Positions 1 through 12,350 of a stretch of 64,000 bases of DNA are shown one piece after another. The notes beneath the pieces are model-generated. The model was given only the letters and a program-made list of their open reading frames with translations, did not search any database and was not told the origin of the DNA. Source of the DNA: Squalus acanthias. Its lineage: Eukaryota. Location of the stretch: positions 6,510,001 through 6,574,000 of the forward strand of contig CM059452.1 in assembly GCA_030390025.1 (NCBI GenBank), read 5' to 3'. The position numbers and the translations under genes were made by a program. Position 1 is the stretch's first letter. Every line of letters begins with the position of its first letter.

Positions 1-706
1 TAAGGCGACCAAAACTGCACACAATACTCAAGGTGTGGTCTCACCAAGGCCCTGTTCAACTGCAGCAAGACATCCTTGCTCCTGTACGCGAATCCTCTCG
101 CTATGAAGGCCAACATACCATTTGCCTTCTTAACCGCCTGCTGCACCTGCATGCTTACCTTCAACGACTGGTGCACAGGGGCTCCCAGGTCTCGTTGTAC
201 TTCCCCTTTTCCCAATCTATTGCCGTTCAGATAATAATCTGCCTTCCTGTTTTTGCCACCAAAGTGGATAACCTCGCATTATACTGCATCTGCCACGCAT
301 CTGCCCAATCACCCAACTTGTCCAAATCATACTGGAGTTTCTCTGCATCCTCCTCACAACACACGTGCCCACCCAGCTTTATTTCGTCTGCAAACTTGGA
401 GATATTACATCTAGTTCCCTCGTCTAGATCATTGATATATATTGTGAATAACTGGGCTCCTAGCACCGATCCCTGCGGTACCCCACTAGTCACTGCCTGC
501 CACTCGGAAAAAGACCCGTTTATTCCAACTCTTTGCTTCCTGCCTGCCAACCAGTTCTCTATCCAAGTCAGTACTTTACACCCAATCCCATGTGCTTTAA
601 CTTTGCACGCCAATCTCTTATGCGGGACCTTATCGAAAGCCTTCTGAAAGTCCAAATACTCCACATCCACTGGTTCTCCCTTATCTATTCTACCAGTTAC
701 ATCCTC
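1..706 (-). mobile_element. CR1-clade LINE fragment (reverse transcriptase region)
   Basis: ORF 227..757 has CR1 RT motifs (VDVEYLDFQKAFDKVPH, GVPQGSVLG, ISKFAD); frameshifted; runs off the window start. Confidence 0.9.
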
Positions 707-833
707 AAAAATGTCAAACATTAATGAGCATAAATGTGAGATAAAAAGCAATTTCACGTTACTTTATGTTGAGAAAGTGTCAGTCAATATTGGTTGATGT
801 AAGGTGACCGGCGGTGGGAATCCGCGCTCTGTC

Positions 834-848
834 AGCGCCACCTAGTGG
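834..848 (-). promoter_or_regulatory. CTCF-type motif downstream of V RSS
   Basis: CCACTAGGTGGCGCT on the minus strand, about 43 bp beyond the nonamer. Confidence 0.65.
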
Positions 849-930
849 CTGGGTTTAAAGTATCTCCTTTGAGCTGATCTCACAGAACACGGTTTGTGTT
901 CGAGGTGTCCAGAGGCCCCTTCTCACTGTG

Positions 931-1225
931 GGCCTCAGTGCACAGTAGTACACGGCGCTGTCAGCGAGTTGCATCTCAGTGAAGTTGAAAACAGCGATAT
1001 TTCTGGACTTTTCCAGAATGACAAAGAAACGACCGTTAATTTCGCCCTTTCCAAAGGAATGTGCCTGAATTACAAAAGTCGGAGCCTTTTTCTGGCTCTG
1101 ACGGTAAAGCTGCAGGGAATAGCTCACTTCTGAAATCTGAATAGTTACAATTAATTCTCATCGACGTTCCTTCCGGATATTGGGCTTCTGTTGGCCACTG
1201 ATCGACGTAGTCTCCAGAACTCATC
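931..1225 (-). pseudogene. TCR alpha/delta V pseudogene (Leu-for-Trp family)
   Basis: SSGDYVDQWP..INCNYS, then frameshift into YSLQLYRQ..DSAVYYCALRP; RSS 891-930 CACAGTG-24-ACACAAACC; leader exon not located. Confidence 0.85.
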
Positions 1226-1329
1226 CTGCAGAAAACATTCCTGGTTACCGATGGAAACAGAGAGGAACACAGATCACACGTTTATCATTCTTTAAGAATA
1301 TATCTGTCTAACTCTCTGTGTATACACAG

Positions 1330-1690
1330 GGAGACAAAGAGACAGGAAGCGATAGCATTAGAATAATGGATAGACAGTGATAGATACACAGGTTGATAAA
1401 GAGAGAGATAGACAGAGGCATAGAGACGGACAGAAAGACAGAAAGACAGGCAGAGTGACAGACATAGAGACAGAGGGACCAACAGTAAAGCAGGCAGATA
1501 GACAGACAGTCAGATAGACGGACAGAGACAGACAGACAGACAGACAGACAGATAGCGAGACAGACAGGCAGACAGACAGACAATTCGATAAACAGGTGGA
1601 TAGACCTAGAGATCGTTGAGAGAGAGGGAGACCGAGAGAGAGAGAGAGACGCAAAGAGACAGAGAGAGAGAACGAGGCAGACCTAGAGAT
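1330..1690. repeat. (GACA)n/(GA)n simple repeat
   Basis: Visible low-complexity tract. Confidence 0.9.
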
Positions 1691-2429
1691 CGATGAATTG
1701 AAGACAGTTGTGTCAATAGTGGAATGGACAGACAGATGCATCAATAAATAAACCAACCGAATAACAACGGAGGAAAGGACCAAATAGCGAAAAGCCCAAA
1801 CTCCCTAATGGCCGCAGTCTCCCCACACCGGGAGCCCGCACTTCACCCGGTGCCTCCTCTCAGCTGCAGCTTTCGAACTGAAGGGGAGAATTTGAAATGT
1901 TTCCGTCAGCAAACGGAGTCCCCGTCATTTCCTGAATCGAACCAAGAGCCTGGTTTCAATGAGCTGCCGGTGATCATTGTCCCTCTCTGTGTTCATTATC
2001 ACAGCCCGCGGTCCTGGCGCACAGGCTCCGTGAGCTGTTCTGCTTTGCCCCGGACATCTTATCATCCGATCCCGGGAATGGGTGAGGATTCTGTCTGACC
2101 GTTACCGGTGTTTTGAAATTGATGCTCATGGTTAACGAGGAATCGATTTTCGGGTTTTCTTGTTGATGGAATATATTCCATTAGATAGAAATGAAAACCT
2201 GACACGATGTTGTCGGAATTCCCATGAACGCCAGTTTAATCTCGAACATTTTTGTCTGTATTTGTGTTTGTTTATCTGAGCAGATCGATATATGCATTTC
2301 TCTGTTTGTTTCCAGTGCTCCTAGTCAGGCTTGTAGTGGACACAGGAGGGCGCTCTCTGATCACTTGTGCAGATCATTCGTCTGAAACAACTTTCAGCTG
2401 AATATGCATCAATACCTTCACGCAGATCC

Positions 2430-2665
2430 ACCAGTTGTGTGTAGCGGGGTTTGCTTTGGCGCGTGGGTGCATGTATATGTCTGTGTTTAGGTCTGTATGT
2501 ATGTGTCTGTGTTTGTGTATAAATATCTATGAGCGCGTGTCTGTGTGTAGGTCATTGTTTGTGTATGTGCCTATGTGCATGCATATGTCTGTGTGTGTGT
2601 TTGTGTGTGTGTATGTCAGTGTGTATGTGTATGTGTGTGTGTGTATGCATGTGTCAGTGTTTCTG
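2430..2665. repeat. (TG)-rich simple repeat
   Basis: Visible low-complexity tract. Confidence 0.85.
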
Positions 2666-2707
2666 TTTCGAATACACTGTGTTTCTAATACGTGAAGCTT
2701 GTACTGT

Positions 2708-2722
2708 CCACAGGAGGGCGCT
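2708..2722 (+). promoter_or_regulatory. CTCF-type motif in V promoter (second copy near 2340-2354)
   Basis: CCACAGGAGGGCGCT about 200 bp upstream of the leader ATG; followed by CAGGAAGT (ETS) near 2760. Confidence 0.55.
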
Positions 2723-2906
2723 CTCTGATCACTTGCTAAAGGACATGATCCCCAACTACAGGAAGTGGCTGTATCGAGGGATACAAATGGCGGGGAGAAG
2801 AAATCCCAGCAGATCTGATGAGATCATCGCGCTGTTTCAGTTCCTCCCATTCCAGGCCTGGTACGTGCAGTGATCACAGTCTGTTTCTGGAGTTCAGACT
2901 GAAACC

Positions 2907-3379
2907 ATGGAGGTGAAACGTTGCCTGACTTTGGTTATTGTCTTGATCACAGATCTGTGATATTAGAATCTTCCTACAATATTCCCCAATCCTCATACGA
3001 TTTCCTATCTTCATCTCCGGGTGATTATTTCTCGGTCTAACCCGCTGCGTGTCCGCTGTTTATTTTCGGAGATGAGTGACAGAGACTCGATGTTCCAGTC
3101 AGAGCAAGGACTCCGATAAGAAGATGGTGCAGATGCAGCAATAACCTGCAGTTAAACAGTATCGGGTTCAGCTACAAACTATGGCCTGTTCTGGTATCGC
3201 CAGTGTCCTCACAAAACCCCTCAGTATCTGCTCAGAGCCGATAGTTATGGGAATAACGAGACAGCTCCGGGTTTTGAACACTTCAGCGGAAATCTCAACC
3301 AGACAAAAGGCACTTTTCACTTATCCATGAAAGGCTTGAAGGCCACAGACAGCGCCGTGTATTACTGTGCCCTGAGACC
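2907..3379 (+). pseudogene. TCR alpha/delta V pseudogene
   Basis: Leader MEVKRCLTLVIVLIT; V exon ..GLR*..ITCS*..LFWYRQ..DSAVYYCALRP with two TAA stops; splice sites damaged; RSS 3380-3417 CACAGTG-22-ATAAAAACA. Confidence 0.9.
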
Positions 3380-3993
3380 CACAGTGAATAAAGACCATTG
3401 AACCGAATATAAAAACAGGGCATAGGTCGGCATCAATGGTTGGGCTTCAGCAAAATACCAGGGACTAAATCCCAGAGAGTTTGTGATGAAAACGAATGGG
3501 AAAATAAAGCCTGATCCGTGCGGTTTTCTTCAGTTAAAGTCATTGTTGTCAGTGTTGGGATAAATTACATTTCTCTAACATTTTAATTCAGAGATTTCCA
3601 GCTGCCTGTTAGCACAGACCTGCAGATTTTTCGGATGAATAACAGGATCAATCTCTACAAGTAAAAGTCCTGGATAAGGATCAGATCCGTCAGGTGTCAT
3701 CATTCAAAAGTGATCTAATCTCAAATGAAAACGGAAATTTGAGGTAAGGTTACAGACGAATGGCAGACAGACCCGCCCCGAGCTGTTGGGGCCAATGACG
3801 GACTTTGACAGACTCACGAGTCTGAAACCAACAGACCGTTTGAAGTTTTCCCTTCACCTCACAAGACGTGAAGGTGAGGAACTGATCCCGTTGGAAGGTG
3901 CTGAAGGTTCATTAAAGGAAGGTTTATTCAGTCGTTTTCGTTTCAGCCGTGGGGGAATGTATTTCTGTTTAACTGCCCTGATTTAATTCTCAG

Positions 3994-4225
3994 GGAAATG
4001 TTGAGAGTGACGGGCTGATTCTGGGGGAGACGATGTTCAGTTGCACTGTAATTATACAGCTATAAGCACCAGCACTCCTTACCTATACTGGTACCGTCAG
4101 TATCCCAGCGGATCCATGGAGTATCTGCTGCAGATAAACAAATACAGCGAGAACGAAGGGACAGTTCCAGGGGTCCGTTTTTCAGCGAAGCTCAATGATT
4201 CGATCCGAACCGTCCCGCTGAATAT
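3994..4225 (+). pseudogene. 3'-truncated TCR V pseudogene
   Basis: LHCNYTAISTSTPYLYWYRQYPSG..RFSAKLNDSIRTVPLN, then similarity stops; no YYC and no RSS. Confidence 0.85.
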
Positions 4226-4564
4226 GAGAAAGGAATCACTGGACACCGGGGAAAGCGGGAGGGAAAACATACTGACTGGAACCTGTGCACACACAAAGAT
4301 CACGGGCATCCAGCATCAGTTGAACTGAAAGGAAATAAAAGTCAGTTTTTGTGAATGCGGATTGAGGGTTGTTGTTGTTTATTGTGGGGATCAGAAAGGG
4401 TCAAATGTCCCAGCGAAAACTGTGAATTTACAAGCTCCACTTCATCTTCTTTATGTTTCTGTCCCTGTAAGTTTTGATGTACAAGGCTCGACATTCACCA
4501 TCAGCATCACCGCAACACACCTCCCCAAAAGTGGACACTGGGAACTGGCCCATACACACACATA

Positions 4565-4830
4565 GGGCTGGATTTTGATACTGGGGCGGGTTGGAATCGT
4601 GCCATCCGCATTTCGTGTTATCCATCCGCCTGCAATTGGATGTGGGAGATTGATGCAATTTTCACTTAATTGGGCAATTGAGTTCCAGCATGTGGGAACC
4701 CATGAACCAATTAGTGGTTTCAGTCTGAAAGTCGCCTTTGATGATGTCATCATTGCAGGTCAGAGACTGCCCGGTCTCAGAGATTGCCTGGCTTTTGCTG
4801 TGAGAGGACCTGGATGCAAAATGAGCAGCA
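4565..4830. mobile_element. MITE fragment (GGGCTGGATTTT terminus)
   Basis: Same terminal motif as the 4902-6174 element; right boundary uncertain. Confidence 0.5.
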
Positions 4831-4901
4831 TCTCAGAGAGAGAGAGAGAGAGAATTATTTTGCAACCAAGTCCTCCCACGCAGTCTCTGAAGACATTCAA
4901 T

Positions 4902-6174
4902 GGGCTGGATTTTGAATGACCCGTGGAGTCGGGGTTGGAGTCGGGGGGGGGGGGTTAAATTTGCAGATTCGGGGGTCCCAACCCCATCCCGACTCCAACC
5001 CGCCTCCATGCCAATTTCTCTGGCGCCGGGTACCCGACCTGGTCTGAGACCCGACTCCCCGAGGCGGGAAGTGATTAGTGACAATTAACTGCCTGTTAAC
5101 AGGTAGTTAACAGGCAGTTTTTTGCATAATCCCTATTTTAAAAACAAAAGTGAGGGCTTCCCGACAGGTGGCAAACACTCCAAGTTATCGGGTCGGGCCG
5201 TGGGTCTGCAGGGGTTGGAGGGGTCGATATGTCCGGTGGGCAGGTGAGTGATGGGTGCATGTGTACAGAGGTAAGTGTATAAGGTAAGTGCGAAGTGTTG
5301 GAAAAAGTTTTACTTACCTTAACTTCCTCCTGCAGGTGTCAGCCCTTCAGTTCACGGGAGTTAGAAATCTCACCGGCACAGAAAGCAGGAAAGCCGTGGA
5401 CCTGTCAAAAACAGCAGCCTTCTGTTTTCTGTGCTGGAATGATTTCTAACTCAGCCTGAAAGGAAGGACTGAAGTTAGAAATCATATTGTGAGTGTTTGA
5501 CAGCTTCACAGAGCTGTCAAACGCTGATATTTCATCTGTCAAAAGCTCTTGACAGATGAAATGTCAGTCTGTGACGTCACCTGTTGCCGGGTGGCCCTTA
5601 ATTGGCCTGCTGAGCCCACTGGGCAGGCTCAACAAGGTCAATCAAGGGAAAATACAGTGGGTTGGCCACATCTCGATGGCGGCGGATTCACAAGCCAGAA
5701 TGTGTGATTCCCGACCCCAACACGACTCCAACTTCAAAATCCAGCCCAATGCAGCAGCATCAGAGGCAACTTTCAGACCTAATACTACTACTACCTTCAT
5801 CACAATACTACTACTACCTTCATCACATCTCCGTTGTAATAGTGGACCTGCAGCTGATAGTCAGCTATCCACTTGTGCTCCCGCCAGGTTTCACTGGCGT
5901 GTTTCACATCAGGCGTACTTCACGTCGGAAAAGGGTTAAACTAGCTAAACCGTTTCAAAATGGCATTACAGAGCCAATTTAGGGCTTGTTAAGGGCTTTA
6001 ATGGCTTCTCCCGCCTCTTGGAGGCGGGACAGAGTCGGGAACCCCGCGACCGATTTTGTCAAAATTGCGTGGAGGCGGAATGGAGTCGGGATGGGATCGG
6101 GACCCCCGAATCTGCAACTTTAACCCCCCACACGCCTCCAAACCCGACTCCACGGGTCATTGAAAATCCAGCCC
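4902..6174. mobile_element. Non-autonomous DNA transposon (MITE), probably PIF/Harbinger-like
   Basis: About 160-bp imperfect terminal inverted repeats starting GGGCTGGATTTT(G/C)AATGACCCGTGGAGTCGGG; no transposase ORF. Confidence 0.8.
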
Positions 6175-6227
6175 TTTATTGTCTGTTTTCACTAAATATC
6201 CGAACAAAGTAAAAGGTCTCATCGTAT

Positions 6228-6242
6228 CCGCCAGAGGGCGCC
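6228..6242 (+). promoter_or_regulatory. CTCF-type motif
   Basis: CCGCCAGAGGGCGCC. Confidence 0.55.
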
Positions 6243-7317
6243 GTGGTCGCAAGGTTCTCGCTGCTCCCTCGGCACTCGAACCATTGTTCTTCCTGATTTG
6301 TGTAAACGCATCACAATTTCAAAGCCTATTGCGTTTGTGTTCGTGCGATTCAGCAAAGTTTCCCCCCATCTCTTTTAATTGTCAACTATTCATCGTCACA
6401 ATCTTTACCACGCTTATGAATTATTTCCTTATACTGCAAATCTTAAAGCGACTGCGAGTGACATCTTTGGTCGCTGCCGTTTGAAAAAAACCCTTATATA
6501 TTAAAATCTGGAATGAAGGAGACACTCAGAGAGATGGGACTGTAACCCGGGTGAGGAGTATCTCCCGTGTCAATAAGAACCATTTCCCTTCCCATGTGAT
6601 TAATTGCAGCACAGTGGAATGGCGCCTCCTGTGAGTTTCAGGCAGACATTAATCTAACGGGTTCAGCAGATATTTGGGGAAGGGGCTCATGTTCCCCTCC
6701 GAGCAATTACCAACACAGTCGGTTGATGGCGGTAAGCTATTATCTCGAAGTGACAATATATCGGTTTGAAAGTAGATGAAGCTGTTGTTTATTTCAATCA
6801 CTGCCACTAATCAGACTGAGGTGGTTGACGGGGAGTCGGGTTTGATTAACCTGCTGGGGACCCATAGTGGGAAGATTTCCTCCGGTCTCTCTCTGGAAAT
6901 CTCATCCACAAGTTGTTTTAACGAAATCGCAAGCTGATTATTTTAGAATGCGTTCACTATTTCGTTAGAAATAGCGACCAGAGTAAATCTACCGCACAGA
7001 GCGGATAGTTCAGTGTAAACAAAATTGTTACGGGAGAAGGAAGTTAATGCTCTCGGTGAGCCGTCACACACCGACATAAAATAAACAAACACTCAGTGTG
7101 ACCAATTCGGGCCCATTAAATAAATCCCCAAACCTCAGCAAAGCTGAAATTTTCTTCACACCACAGGCAGCGCTCACTGAGTGATTGGCTCCAGCTTCAG
7201 ATACTTTATACCGTGGTTCAAAGGGTTTCAACTGAGCCATGAGCCGCACTTGAATCTCATTTCAATATATGGCGTGTGTTTTGGAGAAGGTGTCATTGGA
7301 AGGGAACAATGAGAGCA

Positions 7318-7337
7318 GGAAGTGACGTTGGACCAAT
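7318..7337 (+). promoter_or_regulatory. V promoter: ETS/CRE composite plus CCAAT box
   Basis: GGAAGTGACGT then CCAAT, about 90 bp upstream of the leader ATG. Confidence 0.6.
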
Positions 7338-7415
7338 AGGAGCATCTGACGAGGTCGATTCCGGTCCGGAATTGGGATTTTCAAGAGACCGACAGGTTCG
7401 GGCTCGGCAGCGGCC

Positions 7416-7872
7416 ATGCGGATATTCAGCGCCTGGGTTGTGTTTGGGGTGTTTATTGTCGGTAAGGATCAATCCAATCATGTCGTGTTCAAACTAAAGT
7501 GTTAATATTATTTAAGCTTTTAATACTCGGTCTTATCTTGCTCCTGAACACATGTTACAGATCAGAGTCATGGTGATTCTGTTACTCAGACCCAGACTTC
7601 AGTCAGCAGGGGAGAAGGTGAAGCGGTGACTATAAGATGCACCTACAGTACCACAGACAACAACTATTATTTATATTGGTACCGGGAACAACCAGAGAAG
7701 CAGCCCCAGTTTGTAATAAGGAGACGTTCTTGGGACACACAGGAACGGAGAGGAAATGGTTTCGGAATCCGTTTCTCTGCTCAGCTCCAGACCGCGACTA
7801 AATTCACCAGTTTAACCATCTCCGGGCTGCAGCTGACTGACGCTGCCGTGTATTACTGCGCTCTCTGGGACT
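7416..7872 (+). CDS. TCR delta/alpha V gene segment, intact (leader 7416-7461, V exon 7561-7872)
   Basis: MRIFSAWVVFGVFIV; GT-AG phase-1 intron; DSVTQTQ..IRCTYSTTDNNYYLYWYRE..DAAVYYCALWD. Confidence 0.93.
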
Positions 7873-7911
7873 CACAGTGATGGAAAGCAGTCTCACTCCC
7901 GTACAAAAATT
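7873..7911 (+). other. 23-RSS
   Basis: CACAGTG-23-ACAAAAATT. Confidence 0.93.
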
Positions 7912-8229
7912 GCCATTGGACGGTAGGGCGGAGCTCCTGTCTGTTGGGGTTGTTTAGAATCGCGGGCAGATGCAGCCACAATGTGCAGCGCGCTATCAGG
8001 CACTCAAACAAAAACCGAGAGGAAACCAAATTAACCTCGGATCAAATTGTCACCCAACTGTTTCCAGGAGCGGCCGAGAAAACAAACTGCAGAATCCAAT
8101 CGGCCCAAATGATCGATCAGAGAATGAACCGACCGGTTAAGCTGTCCTTTCTGCTTCTAATCCGCTGTTTTCCCTTTAAAATCGTGGATCGATGTTCGGA
8201 TTTGCTCAGAGAAAGTGGTCGCTTACACT

Positions 8230-8660
8230 CAAACGTCACTCAAATATCGTCGAAACAAGTCACCCAAACATGGCCGACGGAACGTCACTCAAACATGGCC
8301 GACGGCACATCACTTCAACATGTCCGAGCCAACGTCACACAAACATGGCCGACGCGCGTCACACAGACTGCAAACTGACGTCACGCAAACACAAAGCGGG
8401 AGAGTCTAACGCTGACTGAAGCTTAATGTTACATTGCATATTCTTCAAGTTTACAGAATAGAAATGGGAGAAATAATTAATTGTACTTCAGTCATCTTTA
8501 ATGCTTTGACGCCGATGATCCCTTCTGGCTGTACACGTTAATAAGTACCGTCTACAGCAAGTGCAGATTGACGTCACAGAGACTGCAGACTGACGTCACA
8601 GCGACTGCAGACTAACGTCACAGAGACTGCAGACTGACGCCATACAGACTGCAGCCTGCA
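8230..8660. repeat. Short tandem repeats rich in ACGTCA/TGACGTCA
   Basis: AAACATGGCCGACG repeats at 8266-8355; 22-bp unit TGACGTCACAGAGACTGCAGAC x4 at 8569-8655. Confidence 0.75.
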
Positions 8661-9414
8661 CGATGTCACCAGGGGACATGGGAATAGGAAAATCTGGGGT
8701 TTGTGATGGGAATGGAGGTGATGGGGAGAAATGAGCGTGAGGACAAGCAGAAAAGATGGGGATGAATAGACGGAAAAAGCAGACGGGGAACGGAAAAACA
8801 AACAGTAGGTTCAAATTCTGAACTGGAACAATAGAAGTGATTGATTGAAAGGAATATCTGATCAATGTACTCGTGCAGCTGAGTGAGCAACCCCTCGGTG
8901 GAACAGCCCCACCCATGTCTGCTTGCCATCTTTAAGTATCTGAGCATTGTACATATGCAAGTGAATGAGGCCCCTCACTGTGGACCAGCTCAGTGTCTGT
9001 CTGCTCTCAATGGTTAAAGATTTGAGCAATGCAGCTGTGCAGGTGAATGAAGCCACCTCCATAGATCAGCTCTTTGCCAGTCTGTACACTTTGAGAGGGA
9101 GATAGATAAAGGTGAGAATGAGTACAGTGAGACAGAGAGACACCAACAGAGGGAGATTGAGTCAGGCGTGTATTTATAAATATAAAGTCACAAAAAGGGA
9201 ACAGTTTAATAAGGGTTGTGCTGACTATTCCCCCATGAGGATAACCCCGGAAGCCGTGCAGCGGGGTAAAGGGATCGGCACTGTTCTGTGTAATACAAAT
9301 GGATAATGAGAGGGCTGATTAATCAAAACCTGACTGAGGTAGAATGACTCACACGGACACAGGCAGAGAGAGTGACGCTGGCTGAAACTCAGGGACACAC
9401 AAAGAGACTGCAGA

Positions 9415-10095
9415 CTTTTTTTTATTCGTTAATGGAATGTGGGTGGCGCTGGCAAGACCAGCATCTATTTCCCATCCCTATTTGTCCTTGAGAAGGTGAT
9501 GGTGAGCCGTCTTCTTGAACCGCTGCAGTCTGTGTGGTGAAGGTACTCCGACAGTGCTGTTAGGGAGGGAGTTCCAGGATTTTGACCCAGCGACAATGAA
9601 GGATCGGCGATACATCTAAGTTAGGATCCTGTGTGATTTGGAGGGTGGTGGTGTTCCCATGCATCTGCTGCCTTTGTCCTTCTAGGTGGAAGAGGTCGCG
9701 GGTTTGGGAAGTGCTGCCGAAGAAGCCTTGGCAAGTTGCTGCAGTGCATCTTGTAGATAGTACACACTGCAGCCACGGTACGCTGGTGGTGGATGGAGTG
9801 AATGTTTAAGGTGGTGGATGGGGTGCCAATCAAGCGGGCTGCTTTGTCCTGGATGGTGTCGAGCTTCTTGAGTCTTGTTGGAGCTGCACTCATCCAGGCA
9901 AGTGGAGAGTATTCCATCACACTCCTTACTTGTGCCTTGTAGATGGTGGAAAGGCTTTGGGGAGTCAGGAGGAGAGACACTCGCCGCAGAATACCTAGCC
10001 TCTGAACTGCTCTTGTTGCCACACTATGGTCCAGTTAAGTTTCTGGTCAATGGTGACCCCCAGGATGTTGATGGCGGGGAATTCGGCGATGGTGT
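9415..10095 (-). mobile_element. LINE 3' fragment (CR1/L2 group)
   Basis: ORF 9621..10022 resembles a LINE ORF2 C-terminus (LSTIYKAQVRSVMEYSPLAW..LDTIQDKAARLI); T-run at 9416 marks the tail. Confidence 0.8.
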
Positions 10096-10218
10096 GGACA
10101 TTAGTGAACTAAATCGTTTTTTACAACAATACGATAGTTAGTTTCATGGTTACCATTACTGATACTAGCTTTTTATTTCAGATTTATTTTAATTAACTGA
10201 ATTTAAACTGATAGTTCA

Positions 10219-10325
10219 GGGAAGTGGCGTTGAGGTAGAAGATCAGCCATGATCTTATTGCATGGCGGAGCAAGCTCGAAGGGCGAAATGGCCTACTCCT
10301 GCTGCTATTTCTTATGCTCTTATAT
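10219..10325 (+). mobile_element. CR1 3' UTR fragment
   Basis: GATCAGCCATGATCTTATTG..GGCCTACTCCTGCT..TTCTTATG tail, shared with other copies in the window. Confidence 0.8.
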
Positions 10326-10963
10326 TCTGAGTCTTTTGTATTCAGTCGGTCCTCTGACTATCTGGCACGGAACCAAGAACACACCATGTCCGTCCTTAGA
10401 GATTATTATTCGATTAATGTTTGTTCATTAGCTTCTTATCCTGTCCTGAAATTGAACATCTGGAACCTGCTTTTACTGCAGATTCTTACTTTATATATGG
10501 GCAAGTCTCTATAATTTTGAGAAATGTTCAATAAAGTTATTAGAATTATACGGGTCTTCCCCACCCGACCTATCGCTGTCTACACTGCAGACTGATATTT
10601 TAAACCAATCATTATTTGTCCGTTTGCCGTGCGTTATATCCGAAGCAGCGGTGCACCAGATACAGGCCACCCGCAGGTATGTTTATTCTCAATGGGACTG
10701 GCGTTTCCTGAAGATACAGAAATACACATCAACCATTTTTGATCTCATGCAGTTAATACAATAATCAGACGGAATCATTATTCGATGTGAGCGGTTTTAT
10801 ATGAGTTTGATGTGGATTCTGCTCGGGGGTCTGCGCGCACAGGAATGTAGTCACGTGTCAGTGTCTGACCCGCTGTGATAAACAGCCCACAATAGACAAC
10901 AGCTGTGACACAGAAACCTGCGGCAGTTATTGGACGAGGCTTTAGCTCGTTCCCATCACTGTG

Positions 10964-11267
10964 AGCCTCAGTGCACAGTAATACACCGCGGTGTCAGTCA
11001 GCCGCAGCCCCGAGATGGTCAATCGGTACAACTTGTCTGACTGCTGGACTGTATCATAAAACCGGCCTTGAGCGAAATCCGCCTGATATTCAGTACCGCC
11101 GCTCGTGTACCTCCGGACTGCAAACTCGGGCTGTCTGCCTGGGTATTGGCGGTACCAGAACAAGTAATAACCATCGCCAGGATAGGTGCAGGTTAAAGTG
11201 ACATCTTCTCCCTCCGTCTGTGTGAGCGAGGACTCTCGCTGAGTAACAGAATCTCCATCGCTCAGAT
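10964..11267 (-). pseudogene. Leaderless TCR V: open V exon and intact RSS, leader and promoter deleted
   Basis: DSVTQRESS..TCTYPGDGYYLFWYRQ..DTAVYYCALRL; acceptor intact; RSS 10925-10963; region equivalent to about 61390-62530 is absent. Confidence 0.8.
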
Positions 11268-11349
11268 CTGGAACACACGGTGAAAGAAAGCGGAAATCAT
11301 CGGTTAAAGGTTCAAACTGAACTAACTGACGGTGAAAATGCGCAGCGAG

Positions 11350-11628
11350 TTTTACATAAAATTAAATAGAATTTACTGCACAGAAAAAGGTCATTTGTCC
11401 CAACCAGTCTATGCCGTGTTTCTGCTCCACACGAGCCTCCACCCAGCCTTCTTCATCTCCCTCTATCAACATATCCTTCTATTCCTTTCTCCCTCGTGTA
11501 CTTATCCAACTTCCCCTTCAATGAATCTATGCTGTTCGCCTCAACTATTGCTTGTGGCAGCGGATTCTACATTATAACCTTGGTAAAGACGTTTCTCCAG
11601 AATTCACCATTGGATTTTTTGTGATTAT
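11350..11628 (-). mobile_element. CR1-like 3' fragment in the leader intron
   Basis: Counterpart of 62530-62810. Confidence 0.65.
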
Positions 11629-12350
11629 GTAGATGAAGATGTTCAGCGTGTTTCTCTTACTGTCAGTAATCAGGCTGAGGTTGTTGACGGGGCTCGGGTT
11701 TGATTAACCTTCTGCTGGGGACAAACAAGGGGAAGATTTCCTCTGCTCTCCCAAACACAGCGGGAAATCTCGTCCGATCGCTAGTTTAGTAGAATCGTCA
11801 TTCATTGTTTTAGAACGCGTTCACTCTGTCACTAGAAGTAGCGACCAGAGGAAATCTACCACTCAGAGCGGACACCTCGGTGTAGACACGAATATCACAG
11901 GAGAATGAGATTATTGCTCTCGGTGAGCCGTCACACACCGTCAGAAATTAAACCAACTCTCAGAAAAGGGAAGGTTTAGAGCCCTTTGAATATAATCCCA
12001 AATCTAAGCAAAGCTGCACACTTCTGTGCTGGTGCAAGGGGTGTGAAAATGAAACAAACACAGCGGCAGTGAGGAGGGAAACTTGAAATTGAACAGACAT
12101 TACACGGTACATTGGCCTATTAAAACTTCGCGGGCTTCCTCCTGTTCATCCCTCATTATAGAGTGAATGAAATCTAAAACCATACTCCTCTATTCAGAGC
12201 TGTTGGGAGCTGCCCTTGGGAATATTCTGTCCTGACAGTAACTGTCCTAATCAGACCATCACAGGCGGGTATTCCGGCCACACACTATTCTATTTACACA
12301 CGATGTGCTGCAGTATTTCTACAGGACGGGCACAGAGCTGTGCAGCTGTG

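Noticed and set aside
1285-2873. Cys/Val/Leu/Ser-rich ORFs (also near 16170, 26761, 28031 and 56173)
   Set aside because: They are translations of simple repeats and minisatellites.
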